Shown here: positions 27,101 through 39,000 of the stretch, one piece after another
How positions within the stretch are numbered: position 1 is the first letter of the stretch
How the letters are laid out: each line of letters opens with the position of its first letter
Assembly (NCBI GenBank): GCA_012295275.1
Contig: CM022667.1
Location: 7,378,001 to 7,442,000 of the forward strand
From: Chrysomallon squamiferum
Lineage: Eukaryota; Animalia; Mollusca
Length of the DNA stretch: 64,000 nucleotides
Reading direction: 5' to 3'
Made by a program: the position numbers and the translations under genes
Notes under the pieces: generated by a model
The model's input: only the letters and a program-made list of their open reading frames with translations
Database searches by the model: none
Told to the model about the DNA's origin: nothing

Positions 27101-30100
27101 AGATAAAACTTTAATTTACAGTTACACAGTCCGCTACCTGAAACACACAGATAAAACTTTAATTTACACAGTTCACACAGTACGCTGCCTGAAACACAGA
27201 TAAAACTTTAATTTACAGTTCACAGTCTGCTACCTGAAACACACAGATAAAACTTTAATTTACTCAGTTCACACAGTCCGCTACCTGAAACACACAGATA
27301 AAACTTTAATTTACAGTTCACAGTCTGCTATCTGAAACACACAGATAAAACTTTAATTTACTCAGTTCACACAGTCCGCTACCTGAAACACACAGATAAA
27401 ACTTTAATTTACAGTTCACAGTCTGCTATCTGAAACACAGATAAAACTTTAATTTACTCAGTTCACACAGTCCGCTACCTGAAACACACAGATAAAACTT
27501 TAATTTACAGTTCATAGTCCGCTACCTGAAACACACAGATAAAAGTTTAATTTACAGTTCACAGTCTGCTACCTGAAACACACAGATAAAAGTTTAATTT
27601 ACAGTTCAGTCTGCTACCTGAAACACACAGATAAAACTTTAATTTACAGTTCACAGTCTGCTATCTGAAACACACAGATAAAACTTTAATTTACTCAGTT
27701 CACACAGTCTGCTACCTGAAACACACAGATGAAACTTTAATTTACAGTTCAGTCTGCTACCTGAAACACACAGATAAAACTTTAATTTACTCAGTTCACA
27801 CAGTCCGCTACCTGAAACACACAGATAAAACTTTAATTTACACAGTTCACACAGTACGCTACCTGAAACACACAGATAAAACTTTAATTTACAGTTCACA
27901 GTCTGTTACCTGAAACACACATATAAAACTTTAATTTACTCAGTTCACACAGTCCGCTACCTGAAACACACAGATAAAATTTTAATTTACAGTTCACAGT
28001 CTGCTACCTGAAACACACAGATAAAACTTTAATTTACAGTTCACAGTCTGCTACCTGAAACACACAGATAAAACTTTAATTTACAGTTCATAGTCCGCTA
28101 CCTGAAACACACAGATAAAAGTTTAATTTACAGTTCAGTCTGCTACATGAAACACACAGATAAAACTTTAATTTACACAGTTCAGTCTGCTATCTGAAAC
28201 ACACAGATAACAGTTTAATTTACAGTTCAGTCTGCTACATGAAACACACAGATAAAAGTTTAATTTACAGTTCAGTCTCCTACATGAAACACACAGATAA
28301 AAGTTTAATTTACAGTTCAGTCTGCTACATGAAACACACAGATAAAAGTTTAATTTACAGTTCAGTCTGCTACATGAAACACACAGATAAAAGATTAAAT
28401 TAAACAGTTCACACAATCTACTACACAAAACACAGAAAAAAGTTTAATTTACAACTCTAGTAAAGCACATTAATCCTTCAGAATAATTATGTTAATCATT
28501 CTAATCCTTTGAAGTGATTAACCAATAACTCTAATCCCAGAAAGTGATTAAGCAAATTGCTCTAATCTTGAGAAATGACTAAGTAAATAACTTTAATCCA
28601 GAGAAGTAATTAAGTATGTAACTCTAATAGTGATTAACAATTCTGTAAACTCACCCTCCTGATGAAGTCAGGCTCTAGAACATCCCATGAAATAATCCCA
28701 TGGTCCATCAGTGCCATAAATGACATGAGTGTCTTAGCAAGAGGCTCACCTTGACTACAGTCAGACACAAGAAAACATTCAACTGATGTTTTATTAAAGA
28801 AAAGCTACTGACATGTGACAATGGAAAGAATTTATACTGGTTAGGAATGAAATAAAATATAAAAATTATGGTCACAATGTGCTGATTTATTTTACTAAAA
28901 TTTTAATTGAAAATAGAATAAGAATATATTATTATCATACATTTGATTATTATTATTGTATATTTTATATTTATTACTATGGTTCTTGTTGTTATTGTTA
29001 TTATTTTATCTAAGCTAATATTTAACACATGACTTTTATTTAATTATCTATCTAAACTGTAATATTAACAATACCCAGAGATAACATAGGAAATAATCTG
29101 CCAGTTTCAAAAAACTGAAAAGCTTTAATGAAGATGAAATGAAAACATGGAGATATCAAATTTTTAAAGAAAATTATTTCAAAGGTGGCTGGTGTAATTC
29201 TAGTTATTTTCATCACTTACTACTTTCCTTCTGTTAAGAGTTTAATGATGAGGAAGTGGCCTCCCTTGTTAATGAACTCCTCTGCAAACGAGTGGTCGAG
29301 GGCAAGTTGTGCCAACTGCTGAAGAGCTTCGAACTCAACTTGTTTCTTTCCTGACTTCAAGTGTTCATGTATAGTTTGAGCCTTCTGCGTCTGAAATTCA
29401 AATTTTACTTCTTAAATAACTAACATCTGAAAATTAGTTTTAACTTTTCAATATTTAATTATTTCCCCCCATTTATATTAAAGAATAAACAGCTAATTCT
29501 GTATCGAGATTTGTGACTTGTAAAATTTAAATATAACATTTTTATCAGGACTGTTCAAAAGTAGTCTGCCTACACAAGGGTATTTTCTAAATGAAAAAAA
29601 AAAGTCTTGTTTCATATTTATAAATTTGGAGATTTATTTTATCAGTTCTGTTTAGCATAGAAGTAAATGACAGCTCACATTTTGTAAACAAAAGTGAATA
29701 TTTTGATGTACTGAGAAGAAAAATTTCTTTATATAACCACAAAAATAAGAACCTGAGACTTGTTTGTTTACAAAACAAATATATAAAACTGAAACAAAAT
29801 AAACATGAGCAAAAAAATACAGTACTTTTTAAAAAAACTGAGTGTAAATTAAAGCCGAATTTATTCTAAAATTTCTTGCATGCCTGACACATGGGAAACT
29901 GATTAAGATTTTTCAGAATGAATCAAGTTGCTGTGGGTGATAAAAAAAACTCACTGGAGACTCTGTAAGCTGCAGAACATTGCCATTCTGAATTTCATGT
30001 CGATTCTGAAATTACAAATACTGAAAAAATTTATCTAGCTAAACATTTTTTTTACTATTTTTATTATCCCAAACAAACATGAAAAACAAACACTGGTAAC

Positions 30101-33100
30101 ATTGCTAAATTCTCATAACAAAAACATAAAAAATATTTGAAACATCTGTTAAACACAAATGAAGGTTTCTAAAACTATAAAACACTTAAATGTAGTTTTC
30201 CTGCAGAAGAACAAAAGAGACACTCCTAATTATTTTTATCACAAAATATCCTCATTGTGAAACTGGGCTGAGAAAGAAAAACAGATGTTAGAATATTTTC
30301 ACTTTCATGCTAATCATTCAAACAAGTGGGTCACCAAGGTCATGTTACACAAAATTACACTAAAAATAATATATATTTATGTATACTCTCTCTCTCACAC
30401 CCACAAAACTTATACTCTTAACACAGTAACACAGTAGGTGCAACACACATATTATATAAAATAAAATAAAAGTATTTGTTTATATAATATTTAGTTTTTA
30501 ACTAAGGACAAATTATTTTTAAAATATCTCATTTCATTACCTAGCTATATTGTATTGTTATAATTATCTATATATCACACCATTACAGATTCTAATTATT
30601 TGAGTCATATTATTACACAAGTTGTTACATGACAATATTATACTGATTTAAATGCTATTATCTAAATAATAAAATATCATTTACTTTATATCTTATTAAA
30701 TAATAATTGTATGGTCAGTGTTTTTACAAATAAATAAAAAAACTATTTTTTTTAAAATATAAGCAAACCCACCCCACCAAAAAAATGAAGAAGCAAAGAC
30801 ATTGTGATGAATGGATGTTTAACAACACAAAACACTTATTGGCTGTTGGTGTCAAACTGCAGGTAATAGAAGAAAGAGAAGAGAATATTTTTAATTATTA
30901 TAATTCAGATTAACATCATCAAGTGTTTTACTTACAGATTCTTAAGTGTCACCACACAGTGACTAAAACAGAAATGTGTGTACATTTTTTTACCTTGACT
31001 AAATCAGAAAAATGTGTAAATAATTTTACCTTAACAAAACCAGAAATTTCTGTAAATAATTTTATCCTGACAAAAATAGAAATGTATGTAAATATTTTTA
31101 CCCTAAGTAACAAAAATAGAAATGTATGTAAATATTTTTACCCAGACAAATTAACAAAAATAGAAATATATATAAATAATTTAATCCTGACAAAGTAACA
31201 AAAACAGAAATGTATGTAATTAATGTTATCAGTTCAAAGTAACAAAAATAGAAGTGTTTAGTTTTACTTGCTGCTGTTGTTCCCCATTTGGACGGCTGAA
31301 AACACTGATGACTTTCAACATGACGCCCTGTGCTCTACATATCTACATCTATTTCCTAATCCAAGTTGTGAAACATGAACATCCTGTAACCAAGTCTCTC
31401 ACTCAGTGGTCACCAAGTACAGTAAAATAACTAATATTTACATCTGTCTCTATCACAGAATATCAAAACAACTAATATTTACATGTCTCCATCACAGAAT
31501 ATCGAAACAACTAATATTTACATGTGTGTCTATCACAGAATATCAAACCTGTTTAAGTTTACATTTTAAAAAACTCTTTTGGTTTCAGAGAAAACATAAT
31601 CTGCTTTTAATTTGTATTATAAAATAACTTTTGTTTTTACATCAGTCACAGAAACACCCTATCACAGAGAGTAGACCTGTTTTAAATTCACGTGTTAAAA
31701 TAACTGTTTTTACTTTTGTCTTTCATAAAAAAGAGAATCTATTTTTATTTTGTATTTTGAAATAAATATTTTTTTTACTGTCATCAATGTTTCTGTCACA
31801 GAATATCAAACCAGCTTTAGCTGATATTTTAAAATACCTAATCCTTAACTTCATTTTTCAAACATTGTAGCTTGTAGAAATTACTTTCACTTTGTTCTGC
31901 ATTGTAACGATGGCTTTTTTTCATCTAAAGAACAGTTATCACATATTAAATGGTTTATTTTTAGGTCTTAAAATATTTAAAAATAATAACAAGTTTATGT
32001 TCATTTTATGGTTCAGGCTTTAATTTTATTAGAAAATTATTTCTCAGAAAACATAACAACATTAAAACTAGCTTTCAGTTTAGTTTACATTTTAAAGTAA
32101 GTAATCTGAAAATTATTTTTAAAACTTAATTTTATTAAAGAAATCATCATCATAAAGATAACAATATATCCTGCTTTGAATACAGTTTACATAATAATAA
32201 ATTTTAAGTTGATTTCATAAGACGTGACTTAATTGTATCAAAGAAATTACCCATAAGAAAAATGTGTGTTTAGTCTGCTTTAGTTTGTACATACACAGTA
32301 CAGTAGGGAGCAGGGAACAGTGCTATAAGAATCAATTTAAATTAACCATATTTTAATATTAGCCATTGACTGCTATTAGAAGACAGACTAAATCAGTTTG
32401 GCACAATACAAAGTTTTGAAGCTGGTATCTGATACTACCAGGTTGTTGTAATTAGCTGACTGCATGTTAGTACTGGTAAACTGCCAAATGATAGTCTTGT
32501 GAGGTGACATAATTAAAATAAACATATTGTTTTTTACTTCCTAAGACAAAATGGACAAGCACTGGTGTACTTTTGGAGTGAGTACTGAGGTTTGCATATA
32601 TTCATTATACCATGCAACTTATAGCAGCAAAATCGACTGAGGATACATTATACCATTTCAGTCAAGCCAGAGTCACTGGTTAGAATGGGATTTTACATTA
32701 TTATTGTTACCATGAGCCTTCATTTCTAGAAATATCCACATAAACATTATGAAAATTAAACATTCAGTTTATTAATCTCTTAGAAAACTATCAGTAACAT
32801 TATTTTGTGTTATTTTATATATAACTTATGTTAATATATATATATAAGTAAAATTAATAATAATAATAATAATAATAATAATTTATAAACAATATTAACA
32901 ACAAAGAAACAAAAAATGTTACTGATCTCAATTAGAAGAACTAATTAACTGTATGAACTGACCATTAAAATCTGTTTATTTTTTTTACTGATCCAAATTT
33001 AAAAGATTTACAGCATCAAGTTTAAGTATGTGAGGAAACCGAATAAATTACTTCCTTTATAAAGAAGGAACAAATGAAAAACACTATGAAGTTAAGTATT

Positions 33101-36043
33101 ATGATTTTTACTCTAACATGTATTTAATACAACATTAGGACATCATATGAATACTCTGACATTTAAGATGGTTAGTACTGTACTCATAGAACAAATAACA
33201 CCTGTACCAACTACAGTTAAATAAATAAAGAATAAAAAGCTTCATCTTTCCTTTAGAAAAATATTGTTATACTTTTTCTGATATTCTGAAATTACATTTC
33301 AGTTAATTTGTGTGTAGGCTGTAAGATGAATTTTGTACCAAATTTTAAACAAAATTCTGATGAGTTGTATGATATGAAAACAAAAAAAAATTACAAATCT
33401 AACTTTGGCTGTACTTGTATAATAACTGACAACAATAGCTAGGGTGTGATTGTTTGGTTTTTAAAATATAATACACTAATAACATGTAATAAAAAAAACA
33501 GCTGTAAAGTGTTAAACATAAACACTGTTATAAAACAACTTCTAGATTATTGATATTAAAATCAAAACAGTAATTGAAAAAGAAGCTATCTTCTATAAAA
33601 GAATTTAATTAATAAATCCAAATAAAAAACTAACACATTATAAAACTTGAAGTGAAAAATGTTGATTGAAATATAATGTTGCTTCATGTTAACAACAGAG
33701 AATTTAAATACCTACTTGGTTGAAATCCACACTGTCTACATAGAACTGTGACATACTGCCAGTGTATTTACTTCAGTAAAATATATTAATTTATATTATA
33801 TATAGGTAACTTACTTATTGCATGTAATCATATAAAATTAGTCTATCACATGATCAGCTGAGCTTATCTGTATTTACTCGGCCAGGAATGCAGTAATACT
33901 GACAGGTTTATACTTGTCTTACATTATCTACCACGTACTCCTACTGTAAACATTATAGTGTTTCACTAATTCATCAAAACACTAAAATAAAACTTAAGTT
34001 TTCTTTCTTTAAACCTTTTCTTTTTTTAACAGATTTACTTTTATGAAATTAAATGATAAATTACATGTGTCCAATAAGAACTTTTATTACCTAATTAACT
34101 GAATATTATCTCTTTATTCAGATGTATTTATTCTATTCACTTTCTTAAAATTTTAAAAGCTTAATAAAACCGAAATATTAAAACAGAAAAATTTACTAAT
34201 AAAGAATGTTAATAATAAACAAATAAAACAGTAATAATGTAATCTATGTTTATCAGCTGACAACAATATAAAAATATTACTGTTTACTATATAAAAATAC
34301 TAATGTTTACAATACCAACAGTGATTTCTGACTGTTCAACATGAGATTACTTCCTGAAAGTTTGTCAAAGTTCAAGATTTAATCTCTATTCACTGCCATG
34401 TACAATGACCATAATGATATTCTTTATCCTCATATACTTTTAATATAATTTGAAACACAGATACCTGGATATTGTTATTTGTTTTATGAAATAATGCAGA
34501 TTTACCTGTATGATAGTGTAATCTAGCAGTCTGATCATGCTGTGTTTTTCACTCCTGTTTGAAAACATCACCTGCCCCAAGCTCACTGACACCCAATTAA
34601 CACAGGAAAGGTCAGCTAGCCAACCCATCACCAATTAAGGTCAGTAAATACGTAGATATTTTTTTAAATTATTGATTTATCCCTTCACTTATTACATTTT
34701 ATAGTTTTAAACAGTGTTTGTGTATAATAGTAAAAAATAAATAAAAAATGAACAAAAAATATTTTGAAACAAATTAAAATAATTAATTTGCTAAAAACAT
34801 GTATATGTAGATATTTTGTGAAAATGTAACACTGATAGAAGGAATGACTGAATGTTTTCTGAATGACACATCAAAAATATTTATTATGTTAATTAGATAG
34901 CACACATCAACCCATGTATAACAATCACAGATGATAAACAACACAAGGCCTTTATTTGTTTGTTTTACTGTTTAACAGCAAAGACTATATTACATATTTT
35001 TAAATCATAAACAACAGCCTTTCCGTATCAAGCCATCAAGTTAGAATGGGTAACTGTGAGGTGAAGAGCATTTCTGCACAGGGCTGGTTTGTCACTCAGG
35101 TGTACACTGGATTAAAACTGGATTATAACTAAAAGGTATGGTTTCATTTTTACTTTTGATTATTATAGTCATAATAAGTTCTGTATTTATTTAGAATGAA
35201 ATCAGTGTAGGCAAACACAAAAATTCTGCAAATAAGTTTGTCACTATACTTTTATTTTTATTTTTCATTTTTTTAAATTCAGGAAAAGAATTGAACAATA
35301 ATAGTTTCTTCATTTTCTGCTTTACTCAAATCCTGGATTACTGAATGAACACATAAAACTCTAATATGCTAACTAGTGAACCAGTCTGAAGTCAGGAAAA
35401 CATTAATTTTAAAATTTTATAATGTGACATTAACATTAAGCAGCAGTTTTCTCATATGATGTTTCTGTTTTAAGTAATTTTATTAATGATTTAAATGTTG
35501 TGATTTACATTAAGAAACATTAAAATAAAAAGTTTAATTTTCTTCCTTGTAGCTTCCTTGTTTTTATCCACAGATATATGACCAGGATGTAAGACCTTTA
35601 AAAGAAGCTCAGTAACTACAGACTATTTGTTTACTTGACAGTATTCTAATTTTAGGTGGGTTTTTTAAATTCATGAAAGTGCTTTTTTAATTAGTCATGA
35701 CAATAATTTTTATTTTTCCTTATTTTTACATTAAAACACAAATATTATATATATACACACACATACTTACAGTCATTAACAGTTTACTGTGAGTGTATAA
35801 TACAAAATTGCAACAGAACATATACTTCCATTTATTAACATTATTAACATTTAACAAGTTTTCTGAAAAAGAAAATACCTTTAAGCCATTAAGAGAGATT
35901 TTATCTACATTTGTAATGTCACATTTTTCCTAGTTGGTTATCTCTGAAGTGATCAGAATGACATTTATCTATTAAATACTGAATGATATTAGCTGTCATT
36001 GAAGTTTGTATTTCTTAATGTATATCTAGCTTGTGACCTCAAA

Positions 36044-36090
<47 letters not shown>

Positions 36091-39000
36091 ACAAACAAAT
36101 AAATAAATAACTGAATAGTATATATCCAATTAATAAACTGAAAGTCAGATGCAATTAACATCATACATGTTAGAACAATTAAATTTCCTGTTTACATTTG
36201 TTAAACATCATAGATTATTTCATGCAGGATATTGTTACATATTAAAGAAGGGGAAAAGAGTAAATATATTCAAAAGCATTTTGTATATAAATATAAATGT
36301 AAATAGATATGTTATTGTGTGTGTGTGTGCACAGATGCATTAGTGTGCAGGAATAGGAGGATGGTCTGCCTTTGTGCCCAAAATTCAGAAAATGTGCAGA
36401 AATTTCTCAATAAAACATGCTGATAATTACTTCAGTACTGTCTAAATTATTGCTGTCTAAAGGCATCAATTTGTCAAGCAAATGACAGTTTTAGTGTCAA
36501 TAAACAAATACAAATTGCACTTTTTATCACTAAATTAAACTACAAGACTTTGTCATTTCTGTCCTTCTGAAGACAGGTAACATGAACAAAATGCTCCTTT
36601 TTCTACCTGCACCCTGCCCTTTTTTCAGTCTGGAGGAAACACTAGATGTGTGCTTGTTGTGTTGTACACACAAACATATCCACCAGTATATTACTGATAA
36701 ATAAAAACTGATTATATGTAAATTTAACTCACAGCCTCTGTAATGTACATCTGTCTGTTAGGTTCAGAAAACCGAAGACTGTAATTATCCGGAACAGACA
36801 GTTTCCACCTTAAATTAAAAATAAAAAAAAATTTTAACATTAACAACTACAACAAAAATAAGAGAAGTTACTGTCAAAAACAGACAATCTGTATTTGTGA
36901 GATAAATTGAAAAATTATAAAGCTTTCACAGATATCAACACAGAACAAACATAATGATGTGTAATAAAACAAGTTATAACACAAGTGAAAATTGTAAATA
37001 ACAAAAATAGATGCTAACAAAAATAGATGCTTACTCTGCACATATATCTTGTATAATTTGAGCCAAAGGTTGTTTCTGAAATACAAAAAAGTACAAAATA
37101 ATAATTACATTATCACAGTTAAATAGCTGGCATAGTAAACATTTATTTTCAAAAAGGTTTTTTTTATTTAATTTTTTATTTAATTAAATTTAATGTTCAG
37201 TATTAACTAATGATATAATTATTACTATTTGATTCAATTAAAAATAGCAATAATTAGAAAATAAATTTCAAACTGTAAATGCATAATTCATGTTACAAAA
37301 TTTAATTCTTAAATATATTCTGATTTATTTCATTAAATTTTACTAAGATTAACTATAAAAAACTGGTCTCAAGAATCTAAAGTACCTCCTCTATTTATTT
37401 CATAAACAAAATAAAAATTAAGGCTAAACATATATTAACATTATAAAAACTAATTCATAATATCAGAAGATTTTTGAATAATTAACAAGCTATGGGTCAT
37501 TCCGTGTCAAATCACCCAATGGTTTAAACCCGACTGTCTCAGATTTTTATGAAACTTGGTATACTTGTTGACTGGGATCCCACAGCACCAAATCTGACAT
37601 TTTAGCTCAATCAGACCAGTGGTGTGGGAGATACGGCCCACGGAATTTTGAGATTTTTGCCAAAAATGGGTGTGACCACCAACCTTAGAACCCTCATATC
37701 TCAGGAACTACTGGGCCAATCTTCATAAAATTGGTATTGTCAGAAAGGCAAAATGACAAGGATACCAAATCTGCCATTTTTGTTTAGTTTGGAAAATATT
37801 GAAGTACCTTGACCTTTTGACCTTTGCTATGACCTTGAAATTGACCGTGTGGATCACGTGATCTTGAGATGACCTTTATTGAAATTTAATCTCCCACATG
37901 TTAACTAAAACATATAAAAGTTTCCTGGGTGTAATATTTTTTGTTTAGCCACAATATAGATTTAAAAAATGCACATACATGAAAATAACACGTTTACAGC
38001 CATTAACATCTGATTGACTAAAACCTGAATGATCAATTCTGGATGCTAGGAATCACCATCTCTCTTGATCATCGAGTAAGACATTGTAGGCCTACATGTA
38101 TGCATAAAGTTCACATATAAAAGTTTCCTGGGTATAATATTTTTTGTTTAGCCTTAATAGAGATTTAAAAAAATGCATACCTGCATGGATGATTGATACA
38201 ATGCATTACAATGTACATTTTCTCTGAGACTAAAAACTCATCTTTGGAGTTAAAACCCACCTGACATGTCTGAAGGAATGCCTGCAGGATATGAAAAGAT
38301 GCCAAATGGCACGACATGTTCTACACAATCAGGCTCAAAGGGTTAACAGGAAGTAATGCTTCAGGCAGGTCAGGAACTCCTTTAGATTCCCTGGTGCAAT
38401 CCCCATTGAGCACATGGCAATTTGAAGTTTAAGACAAAGAAGTTTCTTCATCTGTATTTCTTTGACAATCTGAAGCTTTTTAAGTTGGACACAATGTCAG
38501 ATGTTGATATATAAACAATATTTTTATTTCATAAAACCTATTAAGTAATTTTATCATGTCATGTGGGCCTTGCCATTGGTTTTGAACAAGGCTTCAGTCA
38601 ACAACAGTACAACCCAGTCTGAAATCAGACGTCATCAAGTGATGTACTGCATAATGTATTTGTACACCCAGTCTTCGGCACAGAGTATGAACAAGGTCTA
38701 CTTCACCTTAATAAACTGTGATTTATACTTGAGAAGATTGACATAAATGCCCAAGACTTGTGGGCCTTTGGCAATAACACATGTACTCTGCTGCCATTTT
38801 ATGACCTGCTTAACTTTACTGAAAGGGTTTCAGGATTTGATTTAATATTTAGGAAAGCACTGACTTTGAATTGAAGGTGCAGGCCAATACTGAAAATCCT
38901 TATTTCTTCCAGGGCTAACTGCAGCTTTAACTCTCCTGAAAATGTGTGTTATCAACACCATCATATCAAAAAGGAGTTGTTGCAAAGTGTAACGGAAAAC

